From Octopus vulgaris (lineage: Eukaryota), in the NCBI GenBank assembly GCA_951406725.2, contig OX597822.1:42408001-42472000 (forward strand): a stretch of DNA of 64,000 nt, written 5' to 3'. The notes below the pieces were generated by a model. The model did not search any database. It had not been told where the DNA came from and saw nothing but the letters and a program-made list of their open reading frames with translations. How positions within the stretch are numbered: position 1 is the stretch's first letter; the number at the start of each line of letters is the position of its first letter. This document shows positions 10,189-22,643 of this stretch, piece by piece. The position numbers and the translations under genes were made by a program.

Positions 10189-12169
10189 TTAAAGCCACAG
10201 CTTACATTGAGTTATTGGACTGAGTGATCAAGCTCTAATTCAAAGGAAGTGGACAGAAAGACCATGTGTTCCAGCATGACTCTGCTCCTTCTGACCATGG
10301 TCCTTGTGCCCCAAGAGTGAATAACAAAGTGTTTTCATGATCATCATATCTCAGGACATAAACACTGAGAAGGAAACCAACAAGTGGTTCCACAACACTC
10401 TGGACTTGTTGAGGGCTTTATTTGTATGCATGATGGACAACATATTTGAGAACCTGATTCTTTTTAGATTGAATTGAGGTCATCATTGAGATTAAGGGAG
10501 ATTTTATTGAATGTTTCTTTAGTATGTTTGTGTATGCCATTTTACTTAAACTATAGTTTTTTTCTGTCTATCTAGTGTCATTGTTTTTCATCATATTCAG
10601 TTTTATTCTCAATTACATGGCACACCTGTACATATTATCATCTTATGACCACAATCCATGCTGACATGGTTTAGATAGCTTGTCATGGTCTGATTCAGCT
10701 CTTATTCAGATTTACTGCTCTATCATTACCCTACCTTCCCTGTCTCTCCTTCTCCCCCTCTCCCCCTCTCCTTCCTCTTTCCTTCTATCTTCCACCTTTC
10801 TCTCTTTCCAACTCTCTCTCCCCTCTTTTCATATTACTGGTGGTTGAAGCCATGATGGTCTAGTAATCAGATATTTTGAATTCCGAGTATCTTATAGACA
10901 CAATATATGGCAGTATATATATTGATGTGTATGTGTGTGTGTGTGCGCATGCGTACATGTACGCATGTGTGTGTTTGTGTATTTATATATATATATATAT
11001 ATATCATCATCATCATTTAACATCCGCTTTCCATGGTAGCTTGGGTTGGACAGTTTAACTGGGGACTGATGAGCCAAATGGCTGCACCAGGCTTTAATCT
11101 GATCTGGCAAAGTTTCTACAGCTGGATGCCCTTCCTAATGCCAACCACTCCAAGAGTGTAGTGAGTGCTTTATGTGCCACCGGCACGAGGGCCAGTCAGG
11201 CGGTACTGGCAACGGCCATGCTCAAATGGTGCTTTTTATGTGTCACCTGAACAGGAGCCAGTGAAAAGGGTGGTCACTGTCTCGCATGCAGTTGTGCAGG
11301 CAAAAGTGGTAGTAAGCGTGGTCAGATTGATCTGAAAATTTGCCCACCTATGTTAAAAGTGCTGGGAGTTTGCATGGCAACTTTGAGTTTGCTCAGTTGA
11401 AAGGCATGGCCTCTAGGGCAAAAAAAAAGTTTCTCTTCGATCCATTTGGGGGTGTAGAGGTCGTGTTTTTTGCACAATTTCAATAAAACACATGACTGCA
11501 TGAACCTCAGGCTCTTTTACATCAAATGCATGCAAAAAGTTTTGGAAATTTTCGCAAACAAGGCTAGATTATTTCAAAAAACTTTTACTGGTCACTTTTT
11601 TTTGGTTGCCACTGCTTAAATCTTATTGGGCGTTTGCTTCTGCCACTTTGCCTTTTTTCCAAATAAAAATGGTACCTGCATATAGAATGTGATGAGATAT
11701 ATTTTTCACATTTTGAATCATTCAAAAATTCCATCAGTAAGTACAAAAATAATCAAAGAGATTAGTAAATTAACTATTTTTTGCACCAATTTCATGGCAT
11801 GGGTGAAGGTGAATTTTGCTCCCGTTTGTCTGCAAAGGCTTATCGATATTTTTTCTTGTATCAAAGGCTTACGCAGTCTGTAAGCTAGTGCACAAAAACA
11901 ATTACTATTCAACAGCTGTTTTGCTTTTAAGTTTGAATTAGAGCTTGATTTTTTATTTTAATTCCATCAACTTCGATACAGAAGGGATGAAAGTTCATAA
12001 ATGTTATTAAAAAGATCAAAATAAAGATGGGGCACTGATTCCGCAAAATTGGGTTGGGTGTGACTACATATTGTACCCAAAACATTATGAGTGCAGTTGT
12101 ATATATGTGTATATATATATATATATACACACATATTTACATATATACATATATATATATATATATATA

Positions 12170-12380
12170 AAGTTAATCCAAACAAGAAAACACAGAAAAA
12201 AAGAAAAAAAATAGCAACGCGAGGACGTGGAACAATTAAAGTATTATTGACGCTCAGGAAAGAAAGGAAGGAGGGTTTAACGTTTCAAGCGGAGCTCTTC
12301 GTCGGAAACAAGGAGAAGGAAAGATCCCAAGAAGGGAAGACAGAGGAAAAAATATTTTTGCTGGTGGTGCTCAAGAGATC
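12170..12380 (-). mobile_element. Penelope-like terminal fragment between (TA)n tracts, containing a minimal hammerhead
   Basis: second copy at 53690-53791; hammerhead-like motif at 12275-12309. Confidence 0.6.
12275..12309 (-). ncRNA. Minimal type I hammerhead ribozyme (U4C variant)
   Basis: minus strand GTTT-CCGACGA-A-GAGC(TCC)GCTT-GAAA-CG-T-T-AAAC: stem I, core, stem II, GAAA, palindromic stem III. Confidence 0.6.
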
Positions 12381-13119
12381 ACATATATATATATATATAT
12401 ATATACGTATATGTATGTATGTATTTATATGTATGTATGTATCTATGTATGTATATACACACATATACATGAAAGTAGAAAAATAAACAAAATCTGTCTT
12501 AATGTATATATTTTCATGGAAAACAAATACAAAGTATAGAGTACAGAAAGAAGAAATAAAGAAAACAGAAGTTATGAAATAGGCTTATCTTGACAGCTGC
12601 TTTGGAAGGACAACGCTTATATCATAACCATGTTCATACATAATAAAGACCCACAATAGCATGGGTGTATGGATCCGTTAGGCAAAACCAGGATACCTTC
12701 CTCAGAATAAGTGACAAATGCTATATAGACATACATACATAACTTTTAAGTATATATGAGCATGTTTACACATTCAACTATGTGCACGAGAACACATAGA
12801 TAATACAAAAAATACAAATCTGCACATATACTTATATACAAAATATCCTGTTGATGTTGCTGAAATTCTAATGAAGGAGCTTTGGATCTAGGTTAGAAAT
12901 CAGCTGTTTCTCTATTTGCAAGAAATTTTGAAATAAACTGAATAAAAACATACATGCATGCATATATATATATAAAGGAGCTGAAGTAAATTGATGAAGG
13001 AATTAGAAAAACCCAAAATAAAAATTATTCTCAGTGTAAATGGTTCCAAATCTCTGAGTTATGTTTCAAATTATGTCACAAAGTAATTTGAAAATGTTCT
13101 GAAGACAAAAGTCTTTTGA

Positions 13120-13533
13120 TTTACTCCTTTACTCTTTTACTTGTTTCGGTCATTTGACTGTGGCCATGCTGGAGCACTGCCTTTAGTCAAGCAAATCGAC
13201 CCCAGGACTTACTCTTTCTAAGCCTAGTACTTATTCTATCGGTCTCTTTTGCCGAACCACTAAGTTACAGGGACGTAAACACACCAGCATCGGTTGTCAA
13301 GCGATATTGGGGGGGGGGGGGGCAAGCACAGACACACAAACATATACACACACACATATATACATAAATACGAGAGGCTTCTTTCAGTTTCAATCTACCA
13401 AATCTACTCACAAGGCTTTGATCAGCCCAAGGCTATAGTAGGAGACACTTGCCTAAGGTTCCACACAGTGGGACTGAACCTGCATCCATGTGGTTGGTAA
13501 GCAAACTACTTACCACATAGCTACTCCTGCGCC
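13120..13533 (-). mobile_element. tRNA-derived SINE, family B, full length
   Basis: reverse match to 30300-30687 and 57418-57830. Confidence 0.85.
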
Positions 13534-13544
13534 TGATTTTGAAA

Positions 13545-13939
13545 TCTATATATATAAAAGTGAGGTTGTGTGGTGTCTGTCTCCTACGATTTAGATTCCT
13601 AACTACTCCCACATTTTGCGGTGCAGTTTAACCAAAAGCGGATATCTTATAGTCGCGATTCATATCAAGCCCTTCTGGGTATTAGCGCGCATCTACGATG
13701 AGTCTACGATTTAAAAAAAAATTTACCATCAATTTTTCCCATTTTTAATGCATTTTTGGCATATATAAGGGAAGTAACTCTCTAAAAATGTATTATTAAA
13801 TCTCAGAACGTAAAAAGCTACAGTAACACTCCCCTTTGTGGTTAGCCATATTGAGATGGCTATTATACTTTACATCTCTAAAACTGCTTATATAGTTATT
13901 TCCCTTACAAACCCGAGCAACGCCGGGCGATACTGCTAG
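13545..13939 (+). mobile_element. Non-autonomous Helitron
   Basis: A|TC 5' end, subterminal hairpin CCCG-AGCAACGC-CGGG, CTAG|T 3' end, no TSD. Confidence 0.8.
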
Positions 13940-14463
13940 TATTTTATAAAATGTAAAATGTCAATGAATATATTGTGTAGTAAGTTATTTCCATAAGAGT
14001 CACGACATGTATTTTAAACAAACATTGACAACTATTTCCACAAATATCAAATGCTGGAACACTGTTTATCTGACAATAGTCTAAAAATTAAACTTTAAGA
14101 AATTAAAACTGACATCTGAAACTTAAGTTCATTTGAGCTTGTTTTCCAGATCAAATATTGTTCACAAAATAAGATTATTTACTAAACAAAAGATCAAAAT
14201 AAAGAAGATTGTTTAAGTAACTTGCTTCCAAGCACGTGGTTTTGGGTTCAGTCCCACTGTGTGACATCTTGGGCAAGTGTCTTCTATTACAGCCCCAGGC
14301 CAATCAAAGTCTTGTGAGAGGATTTGGTAAACAGAAACTGAAAGAACCCCATCATATACGTGTTGTGTGTGTGTGTGTGTGCATGTATGTATGCATGTAA
14401 GTCCCTCAGAGGTATGTCCTGACACAACTTTATCATCATGCCTCTCACTGTCACTTTCTTTAT

Positions 14464-14907
14464 CTTATTTCTTTATTGCCCACAAGGGGCTAAACATAGA
14501 GGGGACAAACAAGGATAGACAAGGGGATTAAGTCGATTAGATTGACTCAGTGCGTAACCGGTACTTAATTTATCGACCCTGAAAGGATGAAAAGCAAAGT
14601 CGGCCTCAGCGTAATTTGAACTCAGAACGTAACGGCAGATGAAATACCGCTAAGCATTTCACCCAGCGTGCTAACGTTTCTTATTACTTTATTGCCCACA
14701 GGGGAGCTAAACATAGAGAAGACAAAAAAGGACAGACAAAAGGATTAAGTCGATTACATCGACCCCAGTGTGTACTTAATTTATCGAACCTGAAAGAACG
14801 AAAGGCAAAGTCAACCTCAGCGGAATTTGAACTCAGAACATAACAGCAGACGAAATACTGCTAAGCATTTCACCTGGCGTGCTAACGTTTCTGCCAACTA
14901 ACCACCT
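14464..14907 (-). mobile_element. Two tandem SINE family A copies
   Basis: each begins on + with tttattgcccaca.ggg..ctaaacataga and contains the reversed B box. Confidence 0.85.
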
Positions 14908-15407
14908 TTCACTTTCTTTATCTTACTCTCCAACTCACTCTCATTTTGCTTTCCAACTGCAGCATCCATGTATCTACAGCAAAATACTTTTATCTGTCCC
15001 CTCTATAATTTAAATCTCTCAACTGGCACGAAGCCATACCCACTCAATTCTACTACTTCACTCTCAGCTGAGGGATTTTTTTTGGTATGCAAGATTTGTT
15101 GTGCAAGGTTCTTGGTGATCCTGTTGGTGCTGGCACTACATAAAAAGCACCCAGTACACTCTGTAAAGTGGTAGGTGTTAGGAAGAACATCCAGCTGTAG
15201 AAACCAAGCCAAAACAGACAATAAAAGCTGGTGCAGCTCCTGGTATTGCCAGCTCTTGTCAAATCATCCAACCCATGCCAGCATGGAAAATAGGTGTTAA
15301 ATGATGATGGTGATTATGTATGTATGTATGTATGTATGTATGTATGTATGTATGTATGTATATATGTATATATGTATATGTGTGTGTGTCTTTGTGTTTG
15401 TGTATGT

Positions 15408-15565
15408 CAAGGGTGGACTGAGCTGTCAGTCAATCAGGCACTGCCCGAGGGCCCGGAGCTCTGAGGGGCTTGCACTCTACATGGTAACTCTACTAAAACA
15501 CACATTCAAAGGGGCCCGGTAAACAGTTATGCCCAAAAGCCCTTAACACTCTCAGTCCGCCCCTG
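15408..15565. mobile_element. hAT-type MITE inserted in a SINE B
   Basis: TIRs CAAGGGTGGACTGAG / CTCAGTCCGCCCCTG with 8-bp TSD GTGTATGT (15400-15407, 15566-15573). Confidence 0.85.
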
Positions 15566-16559
15566 GTGTATGTCCACCACCACCATCATCACCACTTGAC
15601 AACTGGTATCGGTTTGTTTATGGCCCTGTAACTTAGCATTTCAGTAAAAGTAACCAATAAAATAAGTACCAGGCTTAAAAATAGTGGGGTTCAATTTGTT
15701 TGACTGTACCCTTCAAGGTAGCACCCCAGCATGGCTGCAGTCCAATGACTGAAACAAGTAAAAGATAAAAGACAAGATTCAACAAGGGATACAAGATGGG
15801 GGACAATTTAATATACAAACATATGATGATGCTTTTCCTATAACTTATCCCTCAGTTTTTATTGTGGTTCTATACAATGAAGGATGAATACTGTTACGTA
15901 AAATTACAGACCATCGTCATTACATTCTAGTGTTTGGTATTTTATGATAAAAATAATAATCTATTTATGATATGCATAATTAATATTATAAGTCATTTGC
16001 TTCAATTAAACACTTGGAGACAGAAGTATTTGTTACAAGAGTAATCCATCTGAAGGCCTGTATACAATTGTATACTCAATAATCGCATATAATAATTTAC
16101 AATGTGCTTTTGTTTGCAGTCACTCTAACAGAAGGTAAAATGTTGCTGCTGCTGCTTTTGATGTTGTTGTACGAATTATTAATTAGCAACAGGAAATTTT
16201 AGGAGATAAAAGAAGTATGAATGATGTTACAGATAGTGATTCAATGGACAAAATATTCCAAATACAAAGAAACATTGTTTCAACAGAAACAAAGCTTCTA
16301 ATTCCTTAAAGCTAAATGTTTGCTAATGAAGACAAGAGATTTGATAGTTGATAGTTTCTTAACAATGTCCAAATTATGTAAGTTTAAGGATAGGTTGGAG
16401 TGGAGGAGTGGGTGGGGTAAAAGTATCTATAGTGAATGAAAAAAATTGGTTAGAATCTTTCATTATTTTTCCTACTGCAAAGCTAGGACCAATTCTAATA
16501 CATAATATTTTTTTACTACTATTATTACTATTATCATTAGCATTATCACCTTTACTGCA

Positions 16560-16591
16560 ATCACTAAACTACTACTACTACTACTACAACA

Positions 16592-16663
<72 letters not shown>

Positions 16664-16665
16664 AC
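16560..16665. repeat. Compound (CTA)n(CTG)n microsatellite
   Basis: seen directly; accounts for the polyY/polyC/polyS ORFs. Confidence 0.95.
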
Positions 16666-17178
16666 TCATGCCAGTGCTCTGTAAACGCATCCATACTGGT
16701 GGCACATAAAAGGCACCCAGCATACTCTGTAAAGTGGTTGGCATTAGGAAGGGCATCCAGCCACAGAAACCGTTCCACAACAGACAATTAGAGTCTATCC
16801 AGTTCATCATCTGACCAGCACCATGTCAAACTGTCCAACCCATGCCAGCATGGAAAACGGACATTAAATGATGGTGATGATGATTATTACTATTATTATT
16901 ATAAAGGCGACAAACAGGCAGAATCCTTAGCACACCGGGTAAAATGCTTAGCAGTATTTCATCTGTCTTTATGGTCTGAGTTCAAATTCTGCCGAGGTCA
17001 ACTTTGCCTTTCATCCTCTCAGGGTCAATGAAATAAGTACCAGTTAATCACTGGGTTCAATGTAACCGACTTTCCCCTCCCCCAAGATTTCAGGCCTTGT
17101 GCCAATATTTCATTTTTATGTCATCAGCTCATGAGCTGTGGCCATGCTGGGGCACCACCATTTAAAGATCTTTATGAC

Positions 17179-17234
17179 GCCCCCAGTGAGAATTGAACTC
17201 ACAACCCCTGGTTTACAAGACCAGTGCTCTAACC
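17179..17234 (-). pseudogene. tRNA-Thr(TGT) fragment, 5'-truncated
   Basis: minus strand GGTTAGAGCACTGGTCTTGTAAACCAGGGGTTGTGAGTTCAATTCTCACTGGGGGC with intact anticodon stem CTGGT/ACCAG and T arm. Confidence 0.85.
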
Positions 17235-17256
17235 TCTATAGTAGAAAGGACTATTA

Positions 17257-17300
<44 letters not shown>

Positions 17301-17838
17301 GAGTGAGAGAGCAGTGCATGCCATCAAAGTGACATTGAAGCACAAATATAAGAAGCCTAATACACCCATCATGATTACCCAGCTGAAAAGGGTACGCAGG
17401 CACGTACATCACAACCATATGTGCACAACATGGTGGTCTCATATCAAGATAAACACAGTGCAAGACCTGTAGGTGGAGCCCTGTTAGAATTTTCTTCAAG
17501 TCAAATAGCTCATCTCACTCAAGAGGTCCCTGAATAAGGGTTGTTTAAGGATGATGAACAAAACACCCATTTTCCTTTCCAGGGGTGAATTATTCAAACC
17601 TAAAGAATTCCTCTTAACATGGCTATGATGCTCCTACACTACTCCTGTTCATGATCAGAGATACACATATTGTCAGCCACTACTTAAGATTAAGCAATTC
17701 TGTGGTATTGAGTTGAATATTGATTGTAGCCCATCATTTACACCAAGACAAAACATGTACATGATGCCACTTCCAATCAGTTAAGATCAGCAGTCATGAG
17801 AGTCACTACCTGGTATGGTATCAAGGCATTTGTTATTA

Positions 17839-18202
17839 TTACTTCTGCCTTAGTGAAGACAGAGGTATTGTTTTCAGTTGCGTTTGTTTGTTTGTCTATG
17901 GACAAGATATTTCAAGAACTGCAGGATGGATTCAAATGAAACTTACAGGGATGTTTGGCCTCATGACTGGCATGAACTTATTAGATTTTGGAATCGATTC
18001 AGTACCAGACAAGGATCCTGAATTATTTTTCCTGTTTCTTTACTTAATTTTTGAGAGCATTCGGATTCATTTTTAGTATTCTCACTTGTGAGAGCAGTCA
18101 AATTTATTTCAGATATTCTCATTTTAAAAATCATCTCTGGTTAATCGTTGAGAAGACATTGGTGTTGCCTTGGCAGAGGTTTGTGCTCTCGGAGTGCTCT
18201 AG
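17839..18202 (+). mobile_element. Non-autonomous Helentron/DINE-1-like element
   Basis: 5' ttacttctgcc..., (GTTT)n, 3' ggcagaggt subterminal inverted repeat, hairpin, CTAG. Confidence 0.7.
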
Positions 18203-20046
18203 GCATTATTATTATTATTATTATTATTAAGGTAGCAAGCTGGCAGAACCATTAGCTCACTGGACATAATACTTGACGACATCTCATCCATTCAATTTCT
18301 GGTGAGGTTGACTATGCCTTTCATTCTTTTGGGGTCAATGAAATAAGTAACTGTTGAGCCCTGGGGTCTATGTAATCAACTTGCCTCCTTCCCCAGAATT
18401 GTTGGCATTGTGTCAAAATTTGAAATCATTATGATTATCATTATTATTATAATTATGTCAAATGTATTTTGCCTGTCATTACATTCTGACTTCAAATTCT
18501 GCTGAGGTTGACTTTGCCTTTCAGCCTTTTGAGGTCAATAAATTAAATACCAGTTGCATACTGAGGTCGATCTAATCGACTGACCCCCTCCCCCAAAAGT
18601 TCAGGCCTTATGCCTAGAGTAGAAAATATTATTATATCACGTTGTAATTCTGTCTTTCTGATATAAACACAAGATCTGATATTTAGAGGAGTGGGTACTT
18701 GGTTACATTCCCTCCAGTACTCAATTGGTACTCATTTTGCTAACCATGAAAGAATGAAAGGCAAAGTCGACTTCAGTGACATTTGAACTTTTACATTCTG
18801 AGTTCAAATTCCACCAAGGTTAACATTGCCTTTCATCCTTTGGGGCTGATAAAATAGGTACCAGTAGAGTGTAGGGCCAATGCAATTGACTAGCCCCTCT
18901 CCTCAATATTTCAATCCACATGCCTATAATAGAAATTATTATTGTTGTTGTCGTTGTTGTTATAATTATATTTCTATAGTCTCTACATATTACTGCTGCT
19001 GTTATTACTTATCCAAATACCAGCATAGATAAAAAGATTCAATTATTTGACATGTCACTGAGTACAGGTATCCATCAATGGGTGATGTCCTCCATTGATT
19101 TGGATAAAAAGATGGAACAGTTAATCTTTACTGATCCAGTACTCTACTTGTACTCACATCGCTGAACCCAGAAAGATGTAAAATGAAATCAACCTCAGCA
19201 GGATTTGGACTGTAAAAGGCTGCAACTAAATACCAAAAGGCACTTTTCCTATCAATCAAATGGTTCTGCTTCTCCACTGCCCACCTTTACAAGGGAAGTG
19301 AAATATTCTAAGAATTCATAAAATTTGTCTATTTTCTTTTCTTTTGTTCTACATCTATTTATTGCAGTCTGAGGGGCTGGTTTTGCATTGGTTCTTGTAA
19401 ATTTAGGGAAATAATTTTATTTCATGGTTGTGTGTTCTATCAAGCAATAAAATGATTAATTGTTAACATTTTGTCAGTTCAGTAGACAGTTCAGAGGCAA
19501 GCAGAGGGGGGACCAAACTGTGGTTGTGCCAAAAATTTCATTGCCATAAAAAGCAGCATAACATTTACAAATTATTGTAATAATTTTCTGTTAAATAAAA
19601 AGTGGTTAAGTCTTAAGGTAAGAATTGTATCAATGGTTTCTCACACTGTTTTGAATGGATGTATTATTTTTTATCATTAATAAAAATGTTGTCATTTTTA
19701 ACAACACAGTTATGTTAATATTAGTACAACATATGATTCAACAATTTGGTTTAGCTAAAAATTAGTACAAATATGTTTCCTGTTGTATTCAAATGTTACA
19801 AGCATCCAGTTATTGCAAATTTAACTAGTTTGAGCTTCTTTTAAGGTTTAATCAGAGGACGAAGAAATACGCTCAAGACATTTTTGTGGGCCTCTGAGAG
19901 TGGCTAATGGAGATGGAAAGTAATCCTCACATTGATGAATGTTAGCTACAGGGTGGGTGCTATTAAATTACCTATGTCCTAGTGGGAAGTGTTTAACTAG
20001 GTGATCGGTCACTAAAGAACAAGAACAGTTACTCTAATGGCCTTTA

Positions 20047-20179
20047 CACAATTTCCATCAATAAAATTCTACTCACATTCATTTGGTCAAGCAAAGGATA
20101 TGATAGAAAACCCACAATTTCCATCAATAAAATTCTACTCACATTCATTTGGTCAAGCAAAGGATATGATAGAAAACCC
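20047..20179. repeat. Exact 66-bp tandem duplication
   Basis: cacaatttccatc...gatagaaaacc at 20047 and 20113, inside a decayed SINE B. Confidence 0.9.
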
Positions 20180-20963
20180 TTGACTGAGGTGACATGCAGC
20201 GAGATTGAACTTCATACCATGTTGGTATGAAACAAACACTGTAACCACACATCCATACCTATCTCATTTGAGAAAGATATCTCCAACTGTAGATAGAACA
20301 ATAGTCCGTTCATTGTGTAGAATTAGATGGCTAACCCCAAATTACAAGGGAACATTGAACTGATATTCTTACATACTTCGTTGTGCTGCATGTAACATAA
20401 CAGGATTTATAATAAAAGGTTGTGATAAGAGAAGCTGGTTGGCAGAGTAATTATGTTGTCAGGTGACAAGCAAAAATGGCAATAGTTCATATCTTTTAAC
20501 CAACACAGTTTATTTTAGATAGTCTAGACCACCTAATTGTAAAAAGATACTACTGTAGCTCTCAAATGGTGCAGTTCTCCTAGTCATAAGTAGATATAAC
20601 AAGGTTGGAACTATTCACTGTTGTAAGCCATGATAAAATCAACAACAGTTTCATTCATCTATAATGCTGACTTCAATACTTTTGTGGGGGATAAACTTGG
20701 AAAGAAATGGGTGTCGAGAGATTGCATTGGCTGAAGGTTAATTAATTAAAAGTTTCTACGAGCCCAATGCATAATGAAACTCAAGTTTGATAAAGTGTTA
20801 TCTAAAAGAATGTTAAAGGACGACATAAAACAGCAGAACAAATTAAAGGGAGATAAGAAATGTGACTTTTTCGTTCTTATAAATGTGACTAAAGAAAAAT
20901 TAAAAGTGATATAAATTTTGTTATAGGATAAAGTAGAGACTAAAGTTTCTTTCTACTCTATAG

Positions 20964-21127
20964 TATCGATATATTAAGTTGTGAGTCCTACTATGTTAGC
21001 CTTTATATATTCTCGTCTGCATTAAAATACACTATTTTCATTTTTATTCCAATAGGATTCTTTGCAGTGTCGAGCTTCGATATATAGAGTTACTTCCCTC
21101 TTTCCACTCTTCTGTTTCCACCACGTG
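20964..21127 (+). promoter_or_regulatory. Putative IMP4 core promoter (DRE-like, TCT-like initiator, E-box)
   Basis: TATCGATA 20964-20971, CTCTTTCC 21098-21105 in a pyrimidine tract, CACGTG 21122-21127, all just upstream of the ATG. Confidence 0.45.
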
Positions 21128-21146
21128 TTTTTATATATAAATCAAC

Positions 21147-21149
21147 ATG
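21147..21149 (+). CDS. IMP4: IMP4 coding exon 1 (ATG only)
   Basis: caacATG|GTGAGT strong donor; supplies the Met missing from exon 2 (phase 0), giving MLRRQARLRREYLYRK. Confidence 0.8.
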
Positions 21150-21711
21150 GTGAGTTGTTTCAATATTATTTTTACAATAATTTAATATATTCTGATGATT
21201 CTTACATATATATTTCATATATTTTCTACATATCCTTATATATATTCTTTCCTTATGTAAACTTTAACTTTAAATCTAAAGTATCGACTTTATATTCCAG
21301 ATCTTCTCGTTCAACTACTATTTTCGTTCGATTTTATTGTTCCTTTTAGAATTTTTTATTGTTTCTACATACTCTCAGTTTTAGCCAATTCCTTATGTAT
21401 TTTTTCTCACACACACACACGCATATAATATTTATGCTTAAACATAATATATAATGTTTAGAGAAGCGATCTTGTGTCATATTTATGTCGTTCTCGTAGT
21501 GGTAATCTATATCAGAAACTCATTAGCCTGTGTGAAGTTCATATATTTGGAGAGAAGAACATTGTTTTACATTGATAAACGAACTGACTTCTCTCTATAT
21601 ATGAAGTCTTTTGACAATCTCAGTGTCAGAAATGAAATAATAACTACAAATTAAAACCATTTCATATATTTGCAGTACTGGATTCTCTTGAATCTTATTA
21701 GTTTACATGTA

Positions 21712-22213
21712 GAGATGGTCAATGAGATAACCATCTGCGTAACTACAGACGTGTGCCCTCCATCACCGATTTTGTTTCTTAATAACTTCATGAAAGGTAC
21801 ATATTTTTTAAAGAAAATTTCTTGATTCATTTTAAATGGTATAGATTTGGATTATATCGGAATTTGTTGTGAAAGAATCATTCAGACCGGTGGAGCGGAG
21901 TTTCGGATAATTCACACACCTCGATTTGTTTCCTCTTAACTTTCTGAAAACTGGATAATTCTTTAAAGTAAAATCGTCTGCAAATACGTTTCTGATGGTG
22001 TGGATGACGATTAGGCTGGGATTTTATGTGTGTGTGGGATTGGGGATGGGGTCTGATAATTCACACACCCCAACTTGGTTTCCTCGTACGTTTTGATGAG
22101 GTGTGTTAATTACCCACTTCTCTTCTGTGTTTTCCATATCACAAAGAAACAAAATTCGGGGTGGGGACAAGGTGGGCACATCTGTAGTTATGCATATACC
22201 TCACTAACTTGTT
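21712..22213 (-). mobile_element. Helentron-type non-autonomous element in IMP4 intron 1
   Basis: subterminal IRs gcgtaactacagacgtgtgccc (21737) / gggcacatctgtagttatgc (22174), terminal hairpin agatggt...accatct, AACAAG end, internal repeats. Confidence 0.65.
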
Positions 22214-22643
22214 CACTATTAACTGTAACTGGTGGCGATCTAGTTAATTGTTGACCATCAGTGTCGTTCACCTTGACAGTTGATTTCCACAACAGGAGCT
22301 AACAAGGGAGCTGCTATGTGTTTGCTCGAACCCTTAGAAATAGAATCCATATTCTGTTAAATCACACCTTGCCATATTATCACTGGAAGGATATTGAATA
22401 ATGTCACATGTATACGAAAAGACAGGGTATTCATGGCTGATATGCCCTCTGATTATTGGCTTACTCTATAAGGATAATCTGGACTATAGCAACTTCTACA
22501 ACATAGTGTGTATGTTTGCAAATAGTTTCTGGAGTAGGTCTATATGTCGGTACATCTGTCTGACATTCCACAATATCTTACAAACATTATTGTCTCAGTA
22601 ATAACAGCTGTCTTAAGGAGAATAAATACATAAATGTATAAAT

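Noticed and set aside
12860-12945. Hammerhead-like layout in a short repeat (also 26760-26850): CCAATGA...GAAACC
   Set aside because: Essential G5 is absent and stem spacing is wrong in both copies.
16408-16810. PolyY/polyC/polyS ORFs, and the many YIYI/CVCV ORFs elsewhere
   Set aside because: Translations of tri- and dinucleotide microsatellites.
20047-20179. 66-bp exact tandem duplication as a regulatory repeat
   Set aside because: Lies in a decayed SINE; most simply slippage or an assembly artefact.
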